This document shows, one piece after another, positions 37,938 through 49,400 of a DNA stretch of 64,000 bases (position 1 is its first letter; each line of letters opens with the position of its first letter). The stretch is from positions 1 to 64,000 of the forward strand of contig RHPI01001855.1 of NCBI GenBank assembly GCA_009103225.1. The letters run 5' to 3'. A program made the position numbers and the translations under genes. Source of the stretch: Chlorokybus atmophyticus (lineage: Eukaryota; Plantae; Mesostigma and Chlorokybus algae). The notes under the pieces were generated by a model. The model did not search any database, was not told the DNA's origin, and saw nothing but the letters and a program-made list of their open reading frames with translations.

Positions 37938-38394
37938 CGTTGATTGCTATATTGTGAACCCCGCATCAGCCGCATCTAAGCATTTTTGGCGCGTATTGAT
38001 ACTCGCATCATCAAGGTCACGCATCTGATACCGTACCCGCATCGTGCAACTATGGTTAGGCACTCACAAGCTCTCCACCAGCTTTGTCACAGCCCACTCG
38101 ACCACAAAAGACTTGGTGCTTTTATAGTCGATTTGTGGTAATTTAATGTACCTTCCCGTTACATTCCCCCCCACTTAAGAACGCTGACGTCCTCGGCAGC
38201 TGGCGCCCATCAGCTGGGGAATCTTCCCAGGGGTCTGATTTAGGGTCGGTCACCGGCCCCACCATCCAAGGACCGGCCAATTTAGGCCCATACCGGTCAA
38301 CGCGCGCATAGCGCGCCGCTGCCGGCCCCACAGGTCGCGTCGCCGCGATAGGCAGGTCGCGCCCTGCCGCGCCGACTGAACTGGTCAGTTCGGN

Positions 38395-39310
38395 ATTTGT
38401 GTCCACGGTCTTTTGCGTTCACGGTATACCGCGTGAACTTGTCACAGATCATGATCCTCGGTTTGTCTCCAAGTTTTGGCGAGAAGTCTGTGAATTGTTG
38501 GGGGTAAAACAAAGCATGTCGACTGCTTTCCACCCGCAAACGGACGGTCAAACTGAGCGAGCAAATCAAATACTGGAAGAAATGCTTCGCCACTATGTGG
38601 CTTCTAATCATGCTGATTGGGACAGGTACTTGCCAATGGCAGAGTTTGCTGTGAACAACGCGTGGCAGGAAAGTGTAAAGGAAACCCCATTTTTCTTGAA
38701 TTATAGGATTCGCCCAAACACACCAGCGTCATTGCGTGTACCTCGCAATGCCCCGACTATACCAGCGGCAAAGGAATTTGCCACTGATATGCAAGAAAAT
38801 TTGGCTCGAGCCAAGCTGTGTCTGTAAGAAGCACAGGACAGGCAAAAAGCTTATGCTGATACACATCGAAAAATGGCCACTTTCGATGTCGGCGATAAAG
38901 TTTTGCTTAACGCAAAGAACATAACCATCAAAGGTACGGGTGCTCGCAAGTTGCTGCCCCGATGGTTAGGTCCATTCTCTATCACTGATAGAGTTGGTAC
39001 GCACGCTTATCGACTGCAATTGCCCCCAAGTGTGCGTATACATAACGTGTTCCATGTAAACTTGTTGAAACCTTACCGCTCAGACGGTAGAACACAGCCT
39101 CCACCACCGCCAGTTGAGGTGGACAGCGAGCTCGAATACGAGGTGGAAGCTATATTGAACCATAAGCTAAATAGTCAAGGACGCGCAACTCGCTATTTGG
39201 TGAAATGGAAAGGGTATGGCCCGGAACATAACAATTGGGAGCCCGACAGGCATCTTACGCACTGCCGCGAGTTGCTTCGAGCTTATTGGGATTCATGTTC
39301 TGTCCCATAA
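38395..39310 (+). pseudogene. pol: Chromovirus-type integrase C-terminal half with GPY/F motif and chromodomain (in-frame TAA at 38825-38827; 5' part missing at the single N, 38394)
   Basis: HGIPRELVTDHDPRF, STAFHPQTDGQTERANQ, WLGPF, HNVFHVNLLKPY, YEVEAIL..YLVKWKGYGPEHNNWEP. Confidence 0.93.
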
Positions 39311-39457
39311 ACTGTGGGCTTGGTTTTATGACAGACTGGCAGTGCAGTTTCATTACCACCCTGTCATTTCCTGCTATCTCACTGGTTACAATTACTGAAA
39401 GTCAAGCCTGATTAACTTGAGTTCAACGAGGACGTTGAAAATTTAAGTGGGGGGGAA

Positions 39458-39983
39458 TGTAACGGGAGCAATAATAATAGGGGTATTATTGCTACCTAAA
39501 TAACACATTTTGTATGAATAAGTATTTAAATATGCTTATTTATACCTCTTTTCTACGGTTCCTCGCTTATTAAAGGCTATGATGCTTTATCATATCTTAA
39601 ATAAGTCCCAATGGGTGTAGAACCGCTTATTCAAGCCTATTTAGTGTCACATTTGATATAATGTGATCACTATCTCGTTAGGTACCTTACGATAGGTATC
39701 TTTGGATAGGTACCTTATCGATAAGTACCTTATTTGAGCTGTGATTGGCTCACGCTAGATTTCCTAATTACCCTATCTGTAGGGTCGATGTCTAGTTGTG
39801 AGTTAATTTCCAAAAAGAATATAGTTGATGTACTCTTGATATAAAAGGTCACATCAATTTGATGTGGGGACTTACAGTTCTCTGCTCAGTGGCGGCCACG
39901 CCGTTGAAAGGCTTGTCATAGGCGGTGTGGGTGTTGGGGTAGAGGATTGAAGGGGCATCACCGGCGACGGTGGTGCTGTTACA
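39458..39983 (+). repeat. Single 526-bp chromovirus LTR with a PPT upstream and a PBS downstream
   Basis: Starts TGTAAC, ends GTTACA; preceded by a polypurine tract (39445-39457) and followed by PBS-like TGGTATTCAGGAGC (39985-39998). Confidence 0.8.
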
Positions 39984-40913
39984 TTGGTATTCAGGAGCTG
40001 GGGGGTGACGTGGGTACTTATAGGGGGCGGCGACCTGCTTTTGGCCAATTAGAAGGCGTCGGGGGCGGCCTCCTATTCGTCCACGCAGCCTAAGCTTCAA
40101 GTTTGCTTCCCTGCGCTACCTCCACGTTGAAGCCACCTATCAAAGAGGCGGCCTCTTCACGTGTGAGGTACCATCACACACGTCGGTGAATTGCCTGCTT
40201 GCCTGCTTGCCAGGTGCTTGCCAGGTGCACGTGTGTACTTTCATGCACATCACACAGTGGCTTGCCAGTGCACTAACATTGCTTGCAGTGATTGCCTGTC
40301 ATTGCATACGGTGATTGCGGCTTGCTAGTGTGCCATCACTGTTTGTCACACTTAGTGCACTATCATTGCTTGCAGTGATTGCTTGTCATTGCATGCGGTG
40401 ATTGCTTGTCATTGTGCTTGCCAGTGCATGTCACAGTTAGTCACCGTACGGCTTGCCTGTTGCATGCCTGTGGCTTGCCTGTTGCATGCCTGTAACGTAC
40501 CTGTGACCTGCCAGCGGCTTTGCCGGGTCGTTTGACCCGGGTCTGTAAGTTTCAAATTAAGCTGTTCCCAAACCCTCCCCCTCTGGCTTCGGCCTGGAGA
40601 TCGGGACTTGGTTGGAATAGTTGTGGGGAGGTTCTAGGACATTCTGATCCCAAACCCTGTTAGTCTGAAACCCTCCCCCTATGGCTTTGGCCTGGAGATT
40701 GGGACTTGGTTGAGGACAACACAGGGTTAGGACATTCTGGTCCCACTCAGACTTGTTCTATTTAGTGACACTCCAGATCCAACCTTTCTTCTTTTGAGAC
40801 TGGTTTGGACTCTGTTTGGGACTTTTACAACTTGGGGTCATTTTTATCCTCTCGTTGAACCTGGTCCATTGGTGAGGTTCTCACCATCCCATTCTGCCTG
40901 TTTTTGCAGACAA

Positions 40914-41905
40914 ATGGAAGAAAACTCGGTGCCCACCTCAAAAGGGGAGAGCTCGGAAAAAGAGCAACCTTCCCGTGAGGAGGAATTTCCATCCATGGAA
41001 GATATTCCGAATCCGGATGATGCACCTGATGAGTCTCAAGCTGCCAAAGCTGCGGAAGCTTTAGTGGATGATAGATCACCTTCTATATTCCCTGAGTTTT
41101 CTATTCGCATGACACAGCAGGACTTGATGGAGCATTTCCTTAGCACCTATGATCATGGCCCTCGTGAGGCAATTGTCTCATTCGTGAACTTTCTCTTCCT
41201 TTTGGCAGAAAAAGTTTCAAAGCTCACCACCTTTATGGGGCGAGATTGGGAGGGGCAGATGGGTGAAGGCAAACGTGTTCTGAATATAATCAAGCGTCTT
41301 CAACGTGCTGACGGTGGTCCACCTGTTCAAGCACTTGCTCGTCCTGCCGAGTTTGTTCCCAACAAGCAAGCGGCCATCTTCGACTGGCTTGTGCAGTTGC
41401 GACACTATGTCAACTCCCTTCACATTTCTGAGGAGGGGAAATTGCGTGTAGCTGAGTTGCTGATCCCAAACGATGCTCTGGCAGAGTGGTACCGCCGTAA
41501 GCAACGGGATACAAACCTCGGGCGGGAAGTAAATCAGTTGTGCTTTTTCATGGAGCAGCGCTATGGTGGCGCAGATCCTGCCCAGGTTGCTCGCAACCAG
41601 CTGCACAACCTGCGTCAGAACGGGCGTCCAGTTCAGCAGTATATCCAGGATTTTCAGTCGTTTGTCAGCAAGATCAATGCTGGCAAACTACCTATCAGTG
41701 ATGCTGATCAGCTGGATATGTTCAGGCGTGGCTTGGACACAGATCTTGTGCAGCATGTGGCCGTCAACCCCGCAAGTTTGCAAGAGTGGGCCTCGACGGA
41801 TTTACCAATGCTGATGCAGATGGTTGCTGCTGTGGACAGTGTAAAGCGCTCTCACGCCAACATGCAAACCACGGCAAAAGAGGCAGCCCCGGTTTCAGCT
41901 GCAAA
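40914..41905 (+). pseudogene. gag: Retrotransposon Gag, 3'-truncated, running into the PBS/LTR of element B
   Basis: Follows PBS and a repeat-rich leader; Gag-like motifs PAEF, WLVQLRHY, ARNQLHNLRQNGRPVQQYIQDF, FRRGL; no nucleocapsid knuckle before the junction. Confidence 0.75.
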
Positions 41906-43811
41906 GCTCCGATACCAATGTCACAGCCCACTCGACCACAAAAGACTTGGTGCTTTTATGGTCGATTTGTGGTAATTCAATGTACCTTCCCGTTACAAGC
42001 TTGCTGACTTCAAGACTTGCATAGTGATATTTGCAAGAAGTGCAGCAGCCATAAAAAGGCAGGCAAGCAGTCAAGGCAACACGTGGTAGCAATGTCTACT
42101 GATGATCAGTTAAAGTGGGTACAAGCATCACGCATTCCTGCTCCAGATGTTGGGTGATAAGATGCAATGAATAAGAGTATGGGCCTGTGTTTGTCATATA
42201 TACTTGATAGATGTTGATTTAATACATTTACGAGAGGTGTTAAAAATGTATAGGGTGTTGTAAAGCTTGAGTTGTTATTGTTTCACATAGTTATGTATAT
42301 AAATACATATACATATTATGTTTACTCTCTACAACGAGTATCATTAATTACGATTACCAACAATTGATGGTGCTTCGTAATCGGAACCGATCGATAAGAT
42401 TTGTGGAAGCAATGAGTAATACGTATAGAGTGGTCGCATAATGTCGGTGATATTACAAGTATTGTTATCAGTTGCTATTATTAGGTCATGTACATTTGCT
42501 TGTTTGCTTTACTAACTCTATCCAAGTTGAAGGTAATTATTGTAATGGTTCTCTTCTTTTGGGTGTCGTAATGCCTCAATTATTTCAATTATGGACTGAA
42601 ACATACTTAACACTAGGCTGGCAATGGTACTCGTTTGAATACCAAAAATTGTACTTTCAAAGCCACAAGATGGAGGAAAAGTATTACGTCTTGTGCAACA
42701 CCATATACAAAAAGAGGCAAAACATGAAAGCCTACGTTAGAAAATCAGTGCTTGAGGTCATTGGCAACTATTGCAGCACCCTCGGAAATTCAACATCATG
42801 CCATCACTCAGCACAGCATGATCCAATCTGTAAACGTGAACAGCACATGTTAAACCAAGCATATTGAGGGCAAGTGGCCTTGCAATACCGTTAACGTGTG
42901 CTGATAACACATGCAAAATATACTTATACGGTCATTCTTTGTTTTAGGCGTAAATAATTGATGATGTTATGGCACATCGTGTAGGCCTGCGCTGTATACC
43001 CACAGACGCATTGATATTTTTCTTTAATACACTCGAATGCTAATTAGCTTAACAAGCTACACAATATAGAGAATACTCTCTAAAAAAGGTGTGGTTTTGG
43101 GAGCTTTTTATATAATGTAGCATTGTACCAAAATTTTGTTAGATAATTGACGAGACTCCTTGAAGCTTATTAAAACGCCAACACTTATTGCTTGTCAAAA
43201 AGCCACATTCACGAGTTTGCAAGATTTGCTGCTTTGCACAGCTAGTATAAAAGTTCACAATCGATTTGGGTTCATAATTAGGGGCTGGCTTGCGAGTTTT
43301 ATCATCGACTTCAAGCATTCAATCGCATCCGCCGCAAGGTGTCCACCGATAGTCAACAAGGATGCTTAACTATCTTAAGCGGTATAAACCTAGCTATTTG
43401 CGGCTGCAGATGCTAAATTCGCGAGTCATAAAAGCCGTTGCTCATGTTTTATACCATTGCAAAAGCATTGATGTTTCATTTTATATACGGATAAATATTA
43501 ACCATGTGTTGCAAATATAATGCGTGGCAGATGCGTACGCGCAGGTTAGAGTTAAGGTTATGCATGCATCTGATATATATGCGTATGCCAACTTAAACGG
43601 CATGTTTATTCAAATAATCATATGTGGCTGCTTGCATGAACACGTAACACATACACACGTCATTGTGCGGGTTATAAATCGTAATGTGTGCTACGCACAA
43701 ATTTTGATGGTTTAGATCATTGAAGTAATGATCCTTGATGGTCACGTTCAACGTGACCAACCCTCACAACAAGTTGTTGTGCGGGTTCAACAGGCTGGCA
43801 ATGTGAGCGTC

Positions 43812-44396
43812 TGTTACGACAAGGGTCCGGCCATCTTAGCCATAAAGACCATGGTGGGATTTATGACTATTCTCATTCTTATGTATTACTAACCCTAACC
43901 CAGCCTCCCTGGCTGCCGTAACACACCTCCCCCATTAGAATGTAGCACGTCCTCGGCTACTTCTTATAGGGTTCTTTTTCTTAGCCCTCCGCCCGCGGGC
44001 GACCGAGCCATCTCGACCGGAATCAATTCGGTCATTTCTGCGACCGGCGGGTCAACACCGCGCGGTCGTTCTCGTTCTCGAGAACGTTGTCTGCCGTTCT
44101 CTCGAACGTTCTTTGCCGTCCCTTTTCGTTCCTTCCGACCTGCGACTTGCCCAAGGCCGCGGGTCCCACCGCGACTTTCCCAAGGTCGCGGTGCACTTTC
44201 CTTAGAACTTTTGCCAACCGAAAAAAATCGCCGCTCTATCCCCCTTGGGAGTCGAGCCCACGACCTTTAGGTCGTCAGCCCCGATATCAATTGTTACGAC
44301 AAGGGTCCGGCCATCTTAGCCATAAAAGACCATGGTGGAATTTGTAACTATTCTCATTATTATGTATTACGCCCAGCCTCCCTGGCTGCCGTAACA
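43812..44396 (-). mobile_element. TRIM (terminal-repeat retrotransposon in miniature), 585 bp
   Basis: LTRs 43812-43923 and 44292-44396 (TGTTAC...GTAACA); 5-bp TSD GCGTC (43807-43811, 44397-44401); PBS-like TGATATCGGGGC and PPT-like AATGGGGGAGG on the minus strand; non-coding interior. Confidence 0.92.
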
Positions 44397-46430
44397 GCGT
44401 CAGAGGCACATTGATATAACAAACAGGTAGAGCAGCAGCAGGTGGGGCAACCTTTTAATGCTTATTAGCGCATTTGATATGGTCGCCGCTTGATAAAGAA
44501 GTTGTTCTGCCTGCGGACAAAAGAGACGACAGTTAACCACATCCTGCAATTATGATAACAACTATAAGTAAACATTGAGACAAATGTCCAATATCTCCTA
44601 TAAAGAGTCTTTTTCAAAATTTACAAGTAAGCATACGCAAGATGAGAAAGCATTTTAATACTTGCCATCAGCATTTATTACCGAACGTGTCACACATGCT
44701 TGGAACTGCTTTAGCAATGGGTAGACTCTCACTTATAGCTCACTAAGTTTGAAACGAGAGCTAGCTTATATTGCATGCCTTGTAGTATTTGCGATTCAAC
44801 TTGAAAATCATGTGAAGTATTATCATTGACAATGGTATAAGCTAGTAGCAAATACACACACAACAGGCAGAAGCTGAACATCTGCTTGGAGGCTAAGAAG
44901 GTAAGGCCTTTACATGATGATGCCACCACTTCGGCAACCTCAACGCACGCACACGTGCAGTGGTGCGACGACAGCAGCGGTGTAATCTTTTGTTTATGCC
45001 AATTACAGGTGAACATGCAGTAATAAGCAAGGGGAGCAAGCAGTCGAGCGCAAAGAGCAACATTAGCCAACGACACCGTGAAATGAAAAGGTGTCCTGGC
45101 TCGAAGCGAACTGCACCCCTACTAGTCACCAGTAGGAGTGCTAGTCACTAATAGGGGACCATTGGTGTGTTTAAGTACTGTATTACAACTGTGATGCAAT
45201 AACTGCAACACAGTTGCTTGTAAGCTTGCAAGGTAACTTAAAGCTACGGCTTTGTCACTTACAAACCTCACCATTCACATGAAGCTGCCTACCTACCTCG
45301 CCGCTGCCAGGTAGCAATCTCCATAACTCCACTGTGGGTGATGATTATTGCTATATAAATTTTCAAAGGCTATTGAGGCTAGATGAGCGTTTTCATATTT
45401 CAATGGTTTGGGTGTGAATGTGCATTGTGCCGACGTATGCTTAGCTCAGCTAAGGCTTGCAAATACATTATAAGCTAGTTTCTGTCATATACACCGCCTA
45501 AAGTCTACGGCGTGCCACTGCAGTGCACATGCCGCGTAATCTAAGTCGATGTTGTTTTAGCGCCGCGGCGCTATAGGGTTCACTAGTTACAATCGTACGC
45601 GTACACTTACAGGGTCAACACGTGTATTGGAAGACCCCATAAACATGTTAGTGGATAAGTAGGTTAATGGATATGTAACATGGCGCCTTAATACTAGGCT
45701 GGCCAGTAACTGCATTCAGTACTGCTTTTATGCAACTTAGGTAACATGCTACCATAGTTATAAACTTTTAAAAATGAAACCCGCTTTGGAAGGCATCCCT
45801 TATAGACGTAAATATTCATGGAAAATTACTAGTTTGGCTGATCGGCACACGAGCATGGCATGAGAATTCCAACATGCTTACAAGTATGCAGACTGCGGCT
45901 GCGCTATGTGCCATAGTGTTGCACATTAAGAAAAAACCCCAAACTTGATGATGTGGGTGCAAGTGAATACAACATGTGTTTGCTAGCATGTATTGATGCT
46001 GTTGCAAGATTGGTAGCCATAATGTGCTTAATATAGCATGAGTTATGTCATGATTATCCATGGAGTCATGCTGTGTTGCAGTGTTGATATGACTTAAGAT
46101 TCTAGGGGTGCTACTCCATAAAGCAATAAATTTCAACGTTAAGTTAAGTATCGCGTGTAGGCCTTCCAATTCCGCTTTCAACCATATGTGGCACGATTAT
46201 GGATTAATACCACACACAGTTTGCAACTTAATGGCCAAAGAAGTCCGATTTTTAGTACTTTCGGTAGTACAAGTATTATATGAAGTACGGTAGCCATCAT
46301 AGTGTAAACACCAGAATGCCTGCTGTACTGTTTGAATACTAGAAATTGGACTTTTTTGCCATCAAGTTGCAAACTGTGTAGTACATCTCGTCGTGGCATA
46401 TATAGTTGGAAGCATAATTGAAAGGCCCAA

Positions 46431-46479
46431 ACTAGATTATTGAGCTACAGTGTACTACACTGTAGCTCAATAATCTAGT
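46431..46479. repeat. Perfect 23-bp inverted repeat with a 3-nt loop
   Basis: ACTAGATTATTGAGCTACAGTGT-act-ACACTGTAGCTCAATAATCTAGT. Confidence 0.95.
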
Positions 46480-49400
46480 AGCACTCTTGAGTTTTTACAG
46501 GCACATTAAAACCGCAGCAAAGCATGACGCAGTAGGTAATTGTGAAATAACACATGATGTATCAAGCATATTCTAGCTACCAACTTTGCAACAGCATCGA
46601 TACATGCTAGCAAACACATTGTATACTCATTAGCGCACACATTATCAAGTTTGAGATGTTGATTACATGATAACATCATAGCACATTGCGCAGCCGCAGG
46701 CGGCATACTTATACGCATGTTTAGAGTTTTAACGCAATGCTAACGTGCCAATCAACTTAACGACTATTTTTTTCATGAATGCTTACGTCATAAGGAATGC
46801 CTTCTCAAGAGGGCGTGATTTTTTGAGGTCTACATCAAATGTAGCATGTTACCCACGTTGTATTGAACAATACGGAATACAGTACAAGTACCGGCTAGCC
46901 TAGTGTTAACCACTAGCTCTGGCAACGACTTTTGCTGCGAGAGGGGAAGCCACATGTTTTAATATATGCCCAAATCTTATATAGTATGATGAATATTGTT
47001 GAATATTATTCCATGTACTTAATAGGTTTACACTGCTTCTAGAATATGCGCTAATGGCGCTGCAAATTCAACAACAAACGGAATTGGTCACTCAAGCATT
47101 GATTAAGACTTCCATCAACTTTGCAATGGTCATTATAAGTTTTGCCTCATTTTCGTATTAGGAACAATTGTGCCAACATTCTATCACATGCTGTCAACTG
47201 TAACACTAACGCAATGACATGTAGGCTACGGCAGCAAAAATCGCTGCTATAGGGAGAGTCACACGCATCATACATGCCCCATGTTATATATGTTCAACAT
47301 TAAATGATTAGTCATCATCTTATACTAAGTCAATATAACAAGCGGACGTGCACGTGTGCATACTGCGACCCTCATACACACGCATGCACACATATGCGCG
47401 GACAAGGACACACGGACCAGCTCACATGGACAAGCACATATGCGTGGACCAGCACGCACAGACCAGCTCGCATGGACCAGCACTCTATGCGAGGGCATGC
47501 TCGCATAGACCATCTGGCATGGACAGGCCTTGTGTAGCACACATGCGGACGTGCAAGCGCATACTTCAACCATGATACATACGCATGCACACATATGTGC
47601 TGACCAGCACACACGGACCAGCTCGCATGGACCAGCTCGCATGGACCAGTACACATGCGCGGACACGCATGCGCACATATGCGCAAAACGGCACGCACGG
47701 ATCAGCTCGCATGGACAAGCACATATGCGCGGACTAGCTCGCATAGACAAGAACACATGCTCGGGCACGCTCGCATGGTCAATCTCCCTTGGACAAGTAC
47801 ACGTGCGGACCAGCACACGCACATACGCTAACCATTATACACACGCACACAAATACACACGCATGTGGACTATCGGAGACACACGCACACAAACATGCAA
47901 GGTCCAACACGCACGCGCACCCATGCGGACAAGCATACAGACAGGCACATGTACACGCACAGATCATGAGCAACACACACATACGCATGCACGAACCAGC
48001 TTGCATGGACAGGCACGCACGTGTACAGACTCAAACGCTCAACTTACCCACGTGGCACTTCTTTTTGCTTGGGATGTCATTTGCTTAAAACGCTGCAGCA
48101 ATATAGGCGTACTGCGTTGTGTATGAGGTGGGTGTTGTGAGGCGCTTGTCGCCCATTAAGCCGTGTGGTAAAAACCTTCTATACCTTCCGACTCGAATTA
48201 TAACGTCAGGTGGCGGCTCTTTGCGAATATACTCAACTGGTCAAACAGCATGAGGGCGGTCGCTCCAATAGCGCACACCTGTTGTATCACACATTGCATT
48301 ACACAATGCGATACAAGTACCATCGATGTGATGGGAGTTATGATTACATAGTGAATAATAATACACAAATTGACCTCCACATCTTCTTAACGCAAGGCCC
48401 AGTGTATGCTGTGTTGGCATGCGGGTTGGTTTTGCCTGCATGTGACACGACAAGCAGAACATGGGCACCTTCAATTTCACTCCCAACTTCCTCGATGGTA
48501 AATGTAGCCAAGTCAGCAAGGCCTGCCATAAATGTGGTTGATGTGATGACGATGCAATTGCATAACACTACTGCCAGCATGGCATTTATACGCACAAGTG
48601 GAACACAACAGTTGCACAAGGACGCACCCGCCATGCGCGTGTCATTGGATCTACGCATAGCTTGACGCGACCAGAGATAATCATGCCGCACTTGCGTGTC
48701 AGCACGTGTGTCTATTTCAAACAACCATTGTGACACATGCTTATGTTGATTTGGACATATGGTTGGCCATTGTACAACGGGACATGTCCCGGCCTGTTTG
48801 TCAATGCAATCTACATTCCTGGCGAGCACACACCTGTCTTAACAAGGCAGTCAATGCAGTGCATGATGCTGCACTTGGTTGACAATGTCAGTTGTCACTT
48901 ACTTGGTTTGCTGCTGTCGCCATGACCATTTGCATATCTTCTCCACAATAGGAAGCTTGTACAAGAAGGTGCCTGAGGCAAATCAACTGTGCTTGAGGGT
49001 GACAAACCAAACATATGAGCATTGAACCTCTCGTTGATAGGCACTTGCCATGCCTTTGCCTTGCCACATATACGCTTTGAAGGTATTGTTTAACGAATAT
49101 TCATTTGATGTGTTTTTGTTGCGCAACACAACCGCAATAACCCATCTCACCGTCACTTTGCACAGCTCAACCACAATGTAGTCCCGACCATTGCTATGGC
49201 CAGCCAAGACTCGACAAAAAGCCTTATAGCGGTTGTAGCCGCTGGCATACTGGTTGAGTGTCGAAGTGCGATACAATCCTTAAAAGAGCTGTGTGACATG
49301 AGTTGTCATTACACCACAATCGGTTACTTTGCACATTGCTATATGCAGGCGACAGTACTTATTCATCCATCCCCTACTTATACGCACCTCAACCCTGTCC

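Larger units (their letters stand above)
34913..38054 (+). mobile_element. hAT-superfamily DNA transposon, 3142 bp
   Basis: Imperfect TIRs CATAGTTGCctGATaCGG / CATAGTTGCacGATgCGG and 8-bp TSD GTTAGGCA (34905-34912, 38055-38062); encodes a hAT transposase. Confidence 0.93.
25911..38068 (-). mobile_element. Ty3/Gypsy LTR retrotransposon (element A), degenerate, interrupted at both termini by DNA transposons
   Basis: Related LTRs at 25911-26734 and 34053-34912 (+38063-38068) with TG...CA ends. PBS TGGTATTGGAGC (rc 34041-34052) and PPT-like AAGAGGGGAGGA (rc near 26746-26757). 4-bp TSD AGCT (15802-15805, 38069-38072) appears once the nested elements are removed. Domain order gag-PR-RT-RH-INT. Confidence 0.9.
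38085..41997 (-). mobile_element. LTR element B with 79-bp LTRs (TRIM-like) enclosing an inverted chromovirus fragment
   Basis: LTRs 38085-38163 and 41919-41997 differ at 2 of 79 positions. 5-bp TSD AGCTT (38080-38084, 41998-42002), PBS TGGTATCGGAGC (rc 41906-41917), PPT AAGTGGGGGGGAA (rc 38164-38176). Confidence 0.85.
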
